Below, in pieces: positions 51,608 through 62,301 of a stretch of DNA of 64,000 bases. Within the stretch, counting starts at the first letter, position 1; the number at the start of each line of letters is the position of its first letter. The notes under the pieces were generated by a model. The model had not been told where the DNA came from. It ran no database searches and saw only the letters and a program-made list of their open reading frames with translations. Both the position numbers and the translations under genes were made by a program. Origin of the DNA: an uncultured Anaerolineaceae bacterium (GTDB lineage: Bacteria; Chloroflexota; Anaerolineae; Anaerolineales; E44-bin32); the NCBI GenBank assembly GCA_964590515.1, contig CAZPZD010000002.1, positions 2,946-66,945 on the forward strand, written 5' to 3'.

Positions 51608-53644
51608 TCATCGCAGCAGCAGGTACCCCACCATCAGAACCAACCCAAGGGTGAATGAGATGGCATAGTTCCGAACATATCCGGTCTGCAGCGCTCGAAG
51701 GCGCAGCGCCGCCTGGCGGGTGAGCTGACCCAGCCCGTTGCCGGCTCCATCGATCACCCGCAGATCGAAACCAAGCGCCAGCCAGCCGGCGGTCTGGCGG
51801 AAACCACGGGCCAACAGCGTGTCGTGGACCCAGTCGTGCCAGAATTGACCGTCGATACGGTCAGCCAAGAACCCAGCGAGCCTGACGAAGGGCCGCACGA
51901 TCAGCCGGTCGTACAGGTCGTCCACCCACCATTTGCGATGTAAGGCGATCCACAATCTCCCGCCTGCCGGTTCCGGCCGTTCCCGGGTGAGTGGGCGGCG
52001 CCCGTACGCCCAGCCGGCCGTTCCGAACGCCAAGAGAGCCAGCCCGGTTGAGAGGCCCGCCACGGCCGGGTCGAAATCGGTAAGGTGGGCGTGTGCGAGG
52101 CTCGATCGCAGAAAAGAGCCGAGCGGGTGCAGCCCCGGGAAATTGATCAGCCCACCGGCTAGCGACAATCCCGCCAGCCCAAGCAGCGGTACCAACATGA
52201 TCGGCGGATTCTCACGGGCCAGCGCGGCAGCCTCCGAACGCGGCTGACCGGCGAAAACCATCCAAAGCTGGCGCCCCGTGTAGAAGGCGGTCAGTGCCGC
52301 TGCGACGCTGAGCAGCCCGAACACCAGGGGGTGGGTATGCCAGGCATCGGTCAGGATCTCGTCCTTGGAGAAGAAGCCGGCCAGCGGTGGAATGCCGGCA
52401 AGGGCCAGCCCGCCGATCAGGTACACCGCGAAGGTAACCGGCATCCGGGAACGCAACCCTCCCATCGCCCGCATGTCATTGGGGTCGATGTGCTCCTGGC
52501 CCTGAGCGCGATGATGCCCATGTTCGATTCCTTGAATTACCGATCCGGCCGACAAGAACAACAGGGCCTTGAAGAAGGCGTGGGTCACCAGGTGGAACAT
52601 CCCGGAAACGTAACCTCCGATCCCCACCGCCGCGATCATGAAGCCGAGCTGGCTGATCGTGGAATAGGCCAGCACCCGCTTGATGTCGAACTGGGCGACT
52701 GCGATGCTCGCGGCAAAGAGCGCAGTGGCGGCCCCGACCAGCGCGACCGCACCGGAGGAGATCGGAGCCAGTTGAAATAGGACCGCGTTGCGGGCGATCA
52801 TATAAATCCCGGCGGTCACCATGGTCGCGGCATGGATGAGAGCCGAGACCGGCGTCGGGCCGGCCATCGCGTCGGGCAGCCAGACGAACAGCGGCAGCTG
52901 GGCCGATTTGCCGGTCGCGCCTACCAGCAACGCCAGAGTGATGGCAGTGGCGGCACCGGCCGCAGCCGGCCCTAACGTTTCAGCCCGCTCGAAGACCTGC
53001 TCGAAGCGCAAGCTGCCAAAGTGCCAGAAGGCCAGGAACATGGCAATCAGGAACCCCAGATCTCCAATTCGGTTGACAACGAAGGCCTTTCTCCCCGCGA
53101 CCGCGTTTCCGATTCCTCCGGCGCCCTTCTCGTACCAGAACCCGATCAGGAGGTATGAACACAGGCCCACCCCCTCCCATCCGACAAAAAGGGTCACGAA
53201 GCTGTCACCCACGACCAGGACCATCATCGAGATGACGAAGAGGCTAAAGAACACAAAGAATCGCGGGTACCGACTTGGATCTCCTTGGAACCGGACATCC
53301 GCCCGCATGTAGCCGATGGCGTAGATATGTATCAGGGTGCTTACTCCGGTGACCATCAGCATCATGGTCACCGAGAGCGAGTCCAGCTTCAAGGCCCAGG
53401 GAACTTGAAGCGAGCCGATGCTTATCCATTGCGCCAACTCGAGGGTTGCCCCCTCCGGCACCGCTTGCAGGGCAATGAACTGCAGCACCGACACCAGGAA
53501 AGCCAGACCGACCGCCGCGCTGGCGATCCAGCCGGCCAGCCGTTGACCCAGCCGCGGCCCAAGCAGGAGATTGACAAGCAGCGCCAGCAGCGGGAACCCG
53601 ATGACGAGCGGGGCCAATCCGAAGGCGGTCGCCGGTCCCATCAT
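51608..53644 (-). CDS. nuoL: NADH-quinone oxidoreductase subunit L
   Basis: 678 aa. WLPDAMAGPTPVSALIHAATMVTAG and a long C-terminal lateral-helix region. Confidence 0.92.
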   Translation of the reverse strand: MMGPATAFGLAPLVIGFPLLALLVNLLLGPRLGQRLAGWIASAAVGLAFLVSVLQFIALQAVPEGATLELAQWISIGSLQVPWALKLDSLSVTMMLMVTGVSTLIHIYAIGYMRADVRFQGDPSRYPRFFVFFSLFVISMMVLVVGDSFVTLFVGWEGVGLCSYLLIGFWYEKGAGGIGNAVAGRKAFVVNRIGDLGFLIAMFLAFWHFGSLRFEQVFERAETLGPAAAGAATAITLALLVGATGKSAQLPLFVWLPDAMAGPTPVSALIHAATMVTAGIYMIARNAVLFQLAPISSGAVALVGAATALFAASIAVAQFDIKRVLAYSTISQLGFMIAAVGIGGYVSGMFHLVTHAFFKALLFLSAGSVIQGIEHGHHRAQGQEHIDPNDMRAMGGLRSRMPVTFAVYLIGGLALAGIPPLAGFFSKDEILTDAWHTHPLVFGLLSVAAALTAFYTGRQLWMVFAGQPRSEAAALARENPPIMLVPLLGLAGLSLAGGLINFPGLHPLGSFLRSSLAHAHLTDFDPAVAGLSTGLALLAFGTAGWAYGRRPLTRERPEPAGGRLWIALHRKWWVDDLYDRLIVRPFVRLAGFLADRIDGQFWHDWVHDTLLARGFRQTAGWLALGFDLRVIDGAGNGLGQLTRQAALRLRALQTGYVRNYAISFTLGLVLMVGYLLLR

Positions 53645-53723
53645 ACGAGCCTCGCGGCCAGCCCCGCGCGAGTGGGCTTGATCGTGAAATTCCTCACAAG
53701 CAAGTTTCTAGGCGCGGTGGCCC

Positions 53724-54029
53724 CTACCCTCTCAAGTTGCTGACCCGATCTACGTCAATACTCTGGCGGGAACGGAAGATCGAGACCAGCAATGCCAGCC
53801 CGACTGCCACCTCCGCCGCGGCGACCGCGATCACGAAGAAGACGAAGACCTGGCCGCTCAGCGCCAGGCGAGCCCGGGCGAAAGCGATAAAGGCCAAGTT
53901 GGCGGCATTCAACATCAGCTCGACCGACATGAAGATGACGATCACGTTCCGCCGAACGAGTACTCCCACGACTCCGAGGGCAAAGAGCACGCCGGACAGG
54001 GCGACCACATACTCGACTGGAACTGTCAT
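53724..54029 (-). CDS. nuoK: NADH-quinone oxidoreductase subunit K
   Basis: 101 aa from ATG 54029 (GGGAG RBS). Three TM segments. [17 protein letters not shown]. Confidence 0.9.
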   Translation of the reverse strand: MTVPVEYVVALSGVLFALGVVGVLVRRNVIVIFMSVELMLNAANLAFIAFARARLALSGQVFVFFVIAVAAAEVAVGLALLVSIFRSRQSIDVDRVSNLRG

Positions 54030-54081
54030 CGGGATCTCCCTCGGCCATGCGACCGGACTGCTTGAGCCAGGATGCTTCCGC

Positions 54082-54624
54082 TCATGAGCGCCGTTCCGCC
54101 CGGGAAAGCACAATGGCGCCCACCATCGCGGCGAGCAGCAGGATCGAGGTCACCTCGAATGGGATCAGATATTGCTCGAAGAGCAGCCCCCCAACACTCG
54201 CCGGGCTGCCGAAATGCTCCGGATTGAAGGCCGGTTCGATCCCGCCCCCGGCCGGTTTGCCGAACAGCACGAACCCAAACTGCAGCACCAACGCAATCGC
54301 AAGCACGATCGCGGCCGGACGCTGCCAGGCCAGGCTGGGACGGACCTCTACATTTTCTGCGCCTAGCAGCATGATCACAAACAAGAACAGTACCATGATG
54401 GCCCCCGCGTACACTGTGATTTGGACCATCGCGATGAAGGCTGCGTTCATCAGCAGGTAGAGCACAGCCACGGCCATGAAGTTGATAACCAGGAACAGGG
54501 CCGAGTAGACCGAGTTCCGGCTGATTAGCATCGCACCGGCCGAAAAGACCGCCACGATTGCCAGCCCGAAAAAGAGCGCCAGCTCGGCAGTCACGAGCCC
54601 CCGAGCCAATGGCACCGGGTCCAC
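54082..54624 (-). CDS. nuoJ: NADH-quinone oxidoreductase subunit J
   Basis: 180 aa. GTG start. Five TM segments. Positional and family match. Confidence 0.88.
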   Translation of the reverse strand: MDPVPLARGLVTAELALFFGLAIVAVFSAGAMLISRNSVYSALFLVINFMAVAVLYLLMNAAFIAMVQITVYAGAIMVLFLFVIMLLGAENVEVRPSLAWQRPAAIVLAIALVLQFGFVLFGKPAGGGIEPAFNPEHFGSPASVGGLLFEQYLIPFEVTSILLLAAMVGAIVLSRAERRS

Positions 54625-54673
54625 TCAGTCCCGGACCGGCGGAACTGCTGTGGCTTGCAGGTTTTGAACTCGC

Positions 54674-55186
54674 TCAATCCGGATCCTGCATGTCGGGGAT
54701 AGACCGGTCGAATGCGCCGGGGGGAACCTGCTGGGGAGTCGGCTTGCCCTCGGGCGGCACCGGGACCAAGAGCATCTCCCGGGTGTAGATCGCCCCCCGG
54801 CGATCGGTGAACGACAACTCGTAGTTGTGTTCCAGGACGATCGCTTCGGTGGGACAGGCGTCTTCGCAGTAGCCGCAGAAGATGCAGCGCAGCATATTGA
54901 TTTCGTACGTGCTGGCATAGCGCTCGCCTGGCGAAAACCTCGCTACGTCGGTGTTCTCGGCCGACTCGACGAAGATGGCGTCGGCCGGGCAGGCCGCCGC
55001 ACAAAGCGAGCAGCCGATGCACTTTTCCAAGCCGTTGTCGTAGCGCTTGAGTTCGTGCCTCCCTTTGAACCGCTCGCGCACCGGGCGTTTGACCTCCGGA
55101 TACTGGTAGGTCACCGGCCGTTCGAGGAGTACCCGAAACGTGGTCCACATCCCGCGCAGGATTTGGAGTGGATTCATCCCGATCAT
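54674..55186 (-). CDS. nuoI: NADH-quinone oxidoreductase subunit I
   Basis: 170 aa. Two 4Fe-4S motifs, CIGCSLCAAACP and CIFCGYCEDACP. Confidence 0.93.
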   Translation of the reverse strand: MIGMNPLQILRGMWTTFRVLLERPVTYQYPEVKRPVRERFKGRHELKRYDNGLEKCIGCSLCAAACPADAIFVESAENTDVARFSPGERYASTYEINMLRCIFCGYCEDACPTEAIVLEHNYELSFTDRRGAIYTREMLLVPVPPEGKPTPQQVPPGAFDRSIPDMQDPD

Positions 55187-56181
55187 CCTAGCGCCACAAT
55201 CAAGCCGCCGGTCACCAGCACGTTCAGCAAACCGAGCGGCAGCAAGACCTTCCAGCCAAACGCCATCAACCGATCGTAGCGGAGCCGGGGCAGGGTCGCC
55301 CGAAGCCAGATCATGAGGAAGAGCAGGACCACCACCTTAACGCTCAGATAGAGCGGACCCAGGATCGGCAGCCGGTCGACGAACGGGCCCCAATATCCGC
55401 CCAGGAAGAGGGTCGCGGCGATGAAACTGATTGCGATCATTTTGCCGTACTCGGCCATGAAAAACAGCGCAAATTTCATCCCGGAGTACTCGGTATGATA
55501 GCCGGCGGTCAATTCCTGCTCCGCCTCCGGCATATCGAAGGGAGCCCGATTGAGTTCGGCGATCGAGGCAATCAGGAAGATGAAGAAACCAATCGGCTGC
55601 AAGAACACGAACCAGATCCCGCGCTGGGCCCGTACGATCTCGGCCATATTCAAGGAGTCGGCCAGCAGTATGGGCCCGATGAAGGCCAGTCCCAGTGCCA
55701 GTTCATAGCTGACCATCTGAGCCGAGGAACGAATGCCGCCGAGCAGCGCATACTTACTGTTGGAGGCCCAGCCGGCGATCACGATTCCGTAGACCGCGAT
55801 CGAAGCGATCGCCAGGATATACAGCGCTCCAACATCCACCTCCGGCGCCAGACCCTGAGTGATCCGCCGCCCGAGGATAGTCAGGTCCGGTCCAAACGGG
55901 ATCACGGCCATCAACAGCACGACCGGCACGACCGTGATCACCGGGGCCAACACGAACAACAGCTTGTCGGCCTGGTCGGGGATCAGCTCTTCCTTGAACA
56001 TCAACTTGATCCCGTCGGCGATCGGCTGCAGCAATCCTTGCGGTCCGGTCCGGTTCGGGCCAATCCGGCTCTGGAAGCGCGCCATGACTCGGCGCTCGAA
56101 CAGGGTCAGGTAGGCGAAACCGCCCAGCACGATGGTGATGATCCCCATCGACTCGAGGGCCCACTCCAGCAGGTCGATCAC
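55183..56181 (-). CDS. nuoH: NADH-quinone oxidoreductase subunit H
   Basis: 332 aa. RVMARFQSRIGPNRTGPQGLLQPIADGIKL. Confidence 0.93.
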   Translation of the reverse strand: MIDLLEWALESMGIITIVLGGFAYLTLFERRVMARFQSRIGPNRTGPQGLLQPIADGIKLMFKEELIPDQADKLLFVLAPVITVVPVVLLMAVIPFGPDLTILGRRITQGLAPEVDVGALYILAIASIAVYGIVIAGWASNSKYALLGGIRSSAQMVSYELALGLAFIGPILLADSLNMAEIVRAQRGIWFVFLQPIGFFIFLIASIAELNRAPFDMPEAEQELTAGYHTEYSGMKFALFFMAEYGKMIAISFIAATLFLGGYWGPFVDRLPILGPLYLSVKVVVLLFLMIWLRATLPRLRYDRLMAFGWKVLLPLGLLNVLVTGGLIVALG

Positions 56182-58682
56182 GGGCTTGTCGGCCTCACCT
56201 GAACTTCGGTCGGCCGGTTGAGCGGCAGGCCGGTGCTCCTTGCCACCAGGCCAGCCCCCCGCGGCACGTCCTTCTCAATCGAAAATTCGACCGTGCTCTC
56301 CCGTCCGTCCCAGGAAAGCTCGGCTCGGGAAGCGCCAATCAGCCCAAGCCGTTCGGCATCGTCTGGATGGATGGCAAGCCTTCGCTCGGCCAGCCGCAGG
56401 CTCAGCAGTTTCGAAGCCAGCATCGTGACCCCGCGGTCATACAATCTGCTGATCGGGATCAAGAGCAAGTCCCCACCCGACCTGCGCTCGGCGGCCGCCA
56501 ACCACTCCGGAGGTCCCCCGCTTGGCCGAGGGGTTAGCTGCACCCCCAACCCCTGCCGGTTATCGTAGGCAGTTCCGCCGTAATAGAGATCCTCCCCGCC
56601 GACCTCCGGCCATTGCCGGGCGCTGGCGGCCAGGTCGGCATAGCTCAGGCCGGCATAGTCTGGAATCTGGGCAGCGATCCGGGCAAAGACTTGCCCTGCA
56701 CCGCTACCCTCCAACTCCAATCCCAATCGGCGCCCCAGCTCAGCGAGGATCTTCCAGTCCGCCAGGCTCCCGACCGGTCCCGGTACCGCCGGATACAGCC
56801 GTTGAACCCGCCTTTCACCGGAAGTGAAGGTCCCTTCCCGCTCCACGAACGACCGAACGGGCAGCACAACGTCGGCCAGCTCGGCCGTGGGACTCAAAAA
56901 CAGATCCTGTACTACCAGCCCTCGCAGCCTGGTTAGAAGCTTCCCGATCGCCGGATCGTCCCCGACCGGGTCCGCCGCCACAATGTAGGCACCGGCGCAT
57001 TGTTCAAGGCTGCCCGCCAGGCCCGCCGGCGCCGGTCGCAGGCCCATATCCCAGGCTCCCTGCGTGTTGGCCCGCGGCCAAACTGCGATCAGACCGTTGT
57101 TGGGCCGGCCAAGGCGGTTGCCGGCGCTGAGCAATCGGGCGCACGCCCGGGCCAGGGCCTCGGAGCCGTGATAGTCCAGCCCCTCATTCCCAAAAAGGAC
57201 GATCAGATTCTTGGCGCTGTGAAGGGCCGCGACGGCGCCAATGGTCGGCGGATCCGGACTGTAGCTGCGCAAGCCAGTCTCGCCCGTCAACCCGCCGAGC
57301 AGCGAGAGTGCGGCCCGGACCGCCTCACCCGGGGCGTAGCGAAGCTGATGGCCCGAGTACGAATCCAGCCGGGTCTGGCGGGCGTTGGCGACGATCAGCT
57401 CAGCCCCGCGCTCCGCGGCCTGTTTGATCCTCAGCCACCAGATGGGGGCCTCCTCATGGAGATCGCTCGCGATCACCAAGACCGCGTCGCCTTCACCCAG
57501 CGTCCCGAGATTGGTCCCGGGAGACACCCCAAACTGCCGCACCAGGTCCCCTCCGGCCATCCAATCGTCCAAAACCGGTGTGCCTCCCAGCCCTTCAATC
57601 AACCCCCGGAAATTGAAGAGGTCTTCGTTCGAAAGCCGGCCTCCCGCCAGGCCCAACAATCCTGGTCCTAGCCCGCCCAGCAGCTCGGCGGCGCGGTTGA
57701 GCGCGCCTTCCCATGACCCCTCGACCAGAGTTCCGTTCTCCCGAACCAGCGGTCCGGAGAGCCGGTCGGCGCTGTGGGCGTAGTGATGGGCAAAGCGGCC
57801 CTTATCGCAGATCCAAATCTCATTGACCTGCTCATTCTGGCGCGGCATCACCCGCTTGATGGTCTCCCGTCCGTCCGTGCCGGCCGCCCGGCGGGTATTG
57901 AGGGTCAGATTGCATCCGACCGGACAGTGGGGACAGATCGAGGCGGCCGCGTTGAGCTCCCAGGGTCGGGCCCCGAACCGAAAGTCGGCCGTGGTCAGTG
58001 CTCCGACCGGACAGATATCGGTCGAGTTACCCGAGAAATAGGAATCGAAGCCGGGATCCGAGAAGGTCACGATCTCTAGCCGCCGCCCGCGCTGGGAGAG
58101 GCTGATGACTGGGTCACCCGCCACCTCATCCTGGAAACGGGTGCAGCGGGCACACTGGATGCAACGTTCTCGATCGAGGTAGATCAGCTCGCCGAGCGGC
58201 AGGTGCTTGGCCAGGTGAAGCTTCTCATCGAACAGGAAACGGCTGAGGCCGGGTCCGTGTTCCATGGTGAGGTTTTGCAGTGGGCACTCCCCACCCTTGT
58301 CGCAGATCGGACAATCGAGCGGATGAGAAGTCAGCAGATACTCGACGATCGCCTTCCGGCCTTCGCTCGCCTTGCCGCTGAAGACCCGGACCTGCCAGCC
58401 TTCGCCTACCGTGGTGGTGCAGGCGGTTTCGAGATTCGCCCCAAACTGAATGACTGGTTCTCCCTGTTCATTCAAGACCGGTTTTCCGGTGGCGCGGTCG
58501 CGGGCCGGGCGGCCGATCTCTACCAGGCACATGCGGCACATCCCGACCGGCTTCAGCTTCGGGTGATAGCAGAAGACCGGGATGTCGATGCCAATCCGCT
58601 TGGCGGCATCGACCAGCAGGGTCCCGGGCGCGAAGCTGACCTCCGTACCTTCAATCGTGAGCCGAATTCCCTCGGAGTTCAT
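56178..58682 (-). CDS. nuoG: NADH-quinone oxidoreductase subunit G
   Basis: 834 aa from ATG 58682 (ATGA overlap with nuoF). N-terminal 2Fe-2S/4Fe-4S Cys motifs (CYHPKLKPVGMCRMCLVE; HPLDCPICDKGGEC) and a molybdopterin-oxidoreductase-like domain. Confidence 0.92.
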   Translation of the reverse strand: MNSEGIRLTIEGTEVSFAPGTLLVDAAKRIGIDIPVFCYHPKLKPVGMCRMCLVEIGRPARDRATGKPVLNEQGEPVIQFGANLETACTTTVGEGWQVRVFSGKASEGRKAIVEYLLTSHPLDCPICDKGGECPLQNLTMEHGPGLSRFLFDEKLHLAKHLPLGELIYLDRERCIQCARCTRFQDEVAGDPVISLSQRGRRLEIVTFSDPGFDSYFSGNSTDICPVGALTTADFRFGARPWELNAAASICPHCPVGCNLTLNTRRAAGTDGRETIKRVMPRQNEQVNEIWICDKGRFAHHYAHSADRLSGPLVRENGTLVEGSWEGALNRAAELLGGLGPGLLGLAGGRLSNEDLFNFRGLIEGLGGTPVLDDWMAGGDLVRQFGVSPGTNLGTLGEGDAVLVIASDLHEEAPIWWLRIKQAAERGAELIVANARQTRLDSYSGHQLRYAPGEAVRAALSLLGGLTGETGLRSYSPDPPTIGAVAALHSAKNLIVLFGNEGLDYHGSEALARACARLLSAGNRLGRPNNGLIAVWPRANTQGAWDMGLRPAPAGLAGSLEQCAGAYIVAADPVGDDPAIGKLLTRLRGLVVQDLFLSPTAELADVVLPVRSFVEREGTFTSGERRVQRLYPAVPGPVGSLADWKILAELGRRLGLELEGSGAGQVFARIAAQIPDYAGLSYADLAASARQWPEVGGEDLYYGGTAYDNRQGLGVQLTPRPSGGPPEWLAAAERRSGGDLLLIPISRLYDRGVTMLASKLLSLRLAERRLAIHPDDAERLGLIGASRAELSWDGRESTVEFSIEKDVPRGAGLVARSTGLPLNRPTEVQVRPTSP

Positions 58683-59935
58683 CGCCCGTTCACCGCGTGG
58701 ATTTCGAAGTCCGTCCCGAACCGCTCGATCCCGGACGTCACGGCCAGTGCCGCGAAATCGCCAAGGGCACACAGACACTTACCCCGGATCCCGGTTCCGA
58801 CGGTGTGCAGCAGCTCGATATCCGCCGCCCGCGCCTCCCCCCCGATCAGCCGGCCGAGGATGTGCTTCATCCAATAGGTACCTTCTCGGCAGGGTGTGCA
58901 TTTGCCGCACGACTCGTGTTCAAAGAAATCGGTGATTTTGGCCTCCGCCCAGGCGATGTTTACCGTCTCGTCGAGCACAATGATCGAGGCCGAACCGAGC
59001 GCCGATCCGAGGGCCGCCAATGACTCGTAATCCATCCCGCTATCGAGCACGTCGTCTGCGGCGGGCAGGATCGGGGCGGAGGCTCCGGCCGGCAGGATCG
59101 CCTTGATTGCCTTCCCGCCAGGGATCCCGCCGCCGTGCTCGAAGATCAGTTCCCTGAAGGTCGCACCGAGCGGCAGCTCAACGTTTCCTGGCCGCTCCAC
59201 ATGCCCGGAGAGCGAGAACACTTTGGTCCCCGGGCTCTGCTTGGTCCCTACCGATCGGTACCACTCCGCCCCTTTTTCCAGGATGGGCGGAAGGTTCGCC
59301 AGGGTCTCGACGTTGTTCACGACCGTCGGCTTCCCGTATAGACCTTCGGCCGCCGGGAAAGGAGGGCGGAGCCGCGGCTGGCCGAGCTTTCCTTCCAAGG
59401 ACTCGAGCAGGGCGGTCTCTTCCCCGCAGATGTAGGCCCCGGCCCCGAGATGGGTGTGGATTCGCAGCGAGTAATCGGTCCCAAAGAGACGCTCACCCAG
59501 CAGCCCGGCCTCCTCCAGTTCGGCAATCTTCCGATCGAGCTCGCCGGTCAGATCCCAAAACTCCCCCCGGCAGTAGACATAGGCCACATTCGCCTGGGCG
59601 GCGTAGGCGCAGATTGAGACCCCTTCCAGAAATTGGAAAGGATTGCGTTCCATGATCTCCCGATCCTTGAAGGTTCCTGGCTCCGATTCGTCGGCATTGG
59701 CGACCACGTAGCGCGGGAACACCCCGGGAGTCAGAAAGCTCCATTTGACCCCGGTCGGAAAACCCGCTCCTCCCCGCCCGCGCAGCCCCGAGTCCTTGAC
59801 GATCTGGATCACCTCGGCGGGAGATTGCGAGCGGACCGCCTTCTCGAAAGCCTGGTAGCCACCGTTTTGCCGGTAGACGTGCAGCCGGTCGAGCCCGGGC
59901 AGCGTCCGGTGGCGCAGCACGATCAGCTCAGCCAT
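58679..59935 (-). CDS. nuoF: NADH-quinone oxidoreductase subunit F
   Basis: 418 aa. GLRGRGGAGFPTGVKW (FMN/NADH site) and ESCGKCTPCREG (N3 cluster). Confidence 0.95.
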   Translation of the reverse strand: MAELIVLRHRTLPGLDRLHVYRQNGGYQAFEKAVRSQSPAEVIQIVKDSGLRGRGGAGFPTGVKWSFLTPGVFPRYVVANADESEPGTFKDREIMERNPFQFLEGVSICAYAAQANVAYVYCRGEFWDLTGELDRKIAELEEAGLLGERLFGTDYSLRIHTHLGAGAYICGEETALLESLEGKLGQPRLRPPFPAAEGLYGKPTVVNNVETLANLPPILEKGAEWYRSVGTKQSPGTKVFSLSGHVERPGNVELPLGATFRELIFEHGGGIPGGKAIKAILPAGASAPILPAADDVLDSGMDYESLAALGSALGSASIIVLDETVNIAWAEAKITDFFEHESCGKCTPCREGTYWMKHILGRLIGGEARAADIELLHTVGTGIRGKCLCALGDFAALAVTSGIERFGTDFEIHAVNGR

Positions 59936-60431
59936 GGGCGGTACGGCCTCGGATTTCCTCGACGACGGCCAGTGCAGTTTCTATCGTCTGGCTCTCGTAA
60001 TAATGAATCCCTCCAGGCTCTTGAAGCTGGAAGACCGGCACCCGGTCGCAGGCGGCCAGGCACTTGACCTCCTCAATCATGAATTGCCCGTCTCGGGTCG
60101 GGTCACTTTCCGCGACATCCAAGCTACGGCGCAGCTCCCGGGCAAAGTGTTCCGCACCACGCAGCGCACACGGCAGGTCAGTGCAGACTTGCAGCCGATA
60201 GGTGGCACCCGGCCGATCGTGGTAGAGGGTATAGAAGCCGATCAGCGAACCGACCTCGGTGGGCTCGAGGTCCAACAAGGCTCCCACCTCGGTGATCGCT
60301 TGCCGGTCCAGGTGTCCATACTCGCGCTGGGCAAGGTAAAGCAACGCCATGACCGCCGAACGCTTGTGCTCCGGCGGGTATTTGGCCAGGATGGCCTGGA
60401 TCTCGGTTCTATGCTTCTCGGCGAGCGTCAT
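59928..60431 (-). CDS. nuoE: NADH-quinone oxidoreductase subunit E
   Basis: 167 aa. 2Fe-2S cysteines in QVCTDLPCALRG and VKCLAACD. Confidence 0.93.
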   Translation of the reverse strand: MTLAEKHRTEIQAILAKYPPEHKRSAVMALLYLAQREYGHLDRQAITEVGALLDLEPTEVGSLIGFYTLYHDRPGATYRLQVCTDLPCALRGAEHFARELRRSLDVAESDPTRDGQFMIEEVKCLAACDRVPVFQLQEPGGIHYYESQTIETALAVVEEIRGRTAHG

Positions 60432-60437
60432 CTGGGT

Positions 60438-61670
60438 TTAGCGATCCGCGTCGCCCAGCACCGGATCCAGGCTGCTGATGATCGCGACCAGATCGGCTAC
60501 CAGATGCCCACGGGATAGGATCGGGATGGCCTGCAGATTGGCGAAGCTCGGGGTCCGAAAGTGAACTCGGAGTGGCTTCGGCCCGCCGTCGCCTTCCAAG
60601 TGGCAGCCCAAGAGGCCGCGCGGCGACTCGACCGGCAGGTAGACCGATCCCGCCGGGGCAGGAAACCCTTCGGTCCACAACTTGAAGTGGTGAATCACGG
60701 CTTCCATGCTGTGGCCCAGTTCCGAGCGCGGCGGTGGAACGAATTTTCGGTTGTTGCTGCGCACCGGCCCCTTCGGCAGACGATCGAGCGCCTGTTTTAC
60801 GATTCGCAGCGACTGGCGCATCTCTTCCATCCGGACGATGTACCGGTCATAGGTATCCCCGTTGCTGGCGAGCGGGACCTCGAATTCGTATTCCTCGTAT
60901 CCGCTGTAGGGTTGAGCCTTGCGCAGATCAAAAGCCAGCCCGGTGGCGCGCAAGGGCGGGCCGGTCAGCCCGATTTGCAGAGCCTGCTCGGAAGAAATGG
61001 CGCCGATCCCTTTGGTGCGGTCGAGGTACAGCGGATTCTCAGTAAGCAGGCTCTCGTATTCTTGAAGTCGTTTCGGAAAGTAGCTCAGGAACTGCCGGAC
61101 CGCCTCATCGAAGCCGGGTGGGAGATCACGCCACAGCCCGCCCGGACGGAAGTAGGAGGTCATCATCCGCGCCCCGGAGCACAGCTCAAAAATGTCCTGG
61201 ATGTGCTCTCGCTCTCGGAAGCAATACAGGAAAACCGACAAGGCGGCCAGGTCCAGCGCATGGGTCCCGAGCCAGACCAGATGGGAGGCGATGCGCTGCA
61301 GTTCGGTGAGCAGCACCCGCACGACCTGGGCGCGGGGCGGAACGTCGAGTTCGACCAGTTTCTCGATCGCCAGGCAATAACACAGGTTGTTGCCGAGGTT
61401 GTTCAGGTAATCCATCCGGTCGGTCATCACCAGGGCCTTCTCGTAAGTCTTGGCCTCCATGTTCTTCTCGATGCCGGTGTGCAGAAACCCAAGATCGGGC
61501 ACACAGTTGATGATCCGTTCCCCATCGAGCTCGAGGAGCAATCGCAGCACGCCGTGGGTGCTCGGGTGCTGAGGTCCCATGTTGAGCAGCATGGTGTCGC
61601 CCTGGACGGCCCGATCTGAGACCAGGTGTCTCAGCTCGTCAACGGTGATTTCCATCTGGGGTTGAAGCAT
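60438..61670 (-). CDS. nuoD: NADH-quinone oxidoreductase subunit D
   Basis: 410 aa. MGPQHPSTHGVLRL and FLHTGIEKNME. Confidence 0.95.
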   Translation of the reverse strand: MLQPQMEITVDELRHLVSDRAVQGDTMLLNMGPQHPSTHGVLRLLLELDGERIINCVPDLGFLHTGIEKNMEAKTYEKALVMTDRMDYLNNLGNNLCYCLAIEKLVELDVPPRAQVVRVLLTELQRIASHLVWLGTHALDLAALSVFLYCFREREHIQDIFELCSGARMMTSYFRPGGLWRDLPPGFDEAVRQFLSYFPKRLQEYESLLTENPLYLDRTKGIGAISSEQALQIGLTGPPLRATGLAFDLRKAQPYSGYEEYEFEVPLASNGDTYDRYIVRMEEMRQSLRIVKQALDRLPKGPVRSNNRKFVPPPRSELGHSMEAVIHHFKLWTEGFPAPAGSVYLPVESPRGLLGCHLEGDGGPKPLRVHFRTPSFANLQAIPILSRGHLVADLVAIISSLDPVLGDADR

Positions 61671-61717
61671 GGCTGGTTCTCAGTCGGCGGTGGGTCTGCC
61701 CCGAACCGCCCGCGGGA

Positions 61718-62230
61718 TCAGTCCTTGACGTACTTCTTGCGGCGCTGGATCTCGTCGAAATTGAAGCTGAACTGCACTTCCTCATACCCGAGCGGATAGT
61801 CTTTTCGCAGCGGGTGTCCCTCCCACTCATAGGGCATCAGGATTCGGCGCAGGTCCGAATGGCCCCGGAATCGGATGCCAAACATGTCGAAGACTTCGCG
61901 CTCATGCCAGTTGGCGTTGGGATACACCGGTTCGACGCTGGCTAAATCGACCCGCTCATCCGCCAACAAGACCTTCAGTCCAACAAACTGGTTTCGCTCG
62001 AGTGAGTACAGCTGGTAAGCGACCGCGAAGCGCGGCTGCTTTGGCCAATAATCTACCGCGGTCAAGGCCGCCAACAGGTCGAAGCCAGCCGCATGCAATT
62101 TCTGACAGGCGGCCAGCACCGTCTCCGGCTGGATGACCAAGGTCAGCTGGGCGCGAAACTCTTGGAGCTCGATCAGGCTGTCTGCCAGGAGTTCAGTCAG
62201 CTCGCTTGCCAGTTTCCTAGGCGATTCCAT
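61718..62230 (-). CDS. nuoC: NADH-quinone oxidoreductase subunit C
   Basis: 170 aa from ATG 62230 (GTG 62233 also possible). NWHEREVFDMFGIRFRGH. Confidence 0.93.
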   Translation of the reverse strand: MESPRKLASELTELLADSLIELQEFRAQLTLVIQPETVLAACQKLHAAGFDLLAALTAVDYWPKQPRFAVAYQLYSLERNQFVGLKVLLADERVDLASVEPVYPNANWHEREVFDMFGIRFRGHSDLRRILMPYEWEGHPLRKDYPLGYEEVQFSFNFDEIQRRKKYVKD

Positions 62231-62301
62231 CACTCACTTTCTCAAGCTACCCATAGAAGCTGTGGCGAGGCAAGCAGCTGGCCTTTCCACCCGCGATTGA
62301 C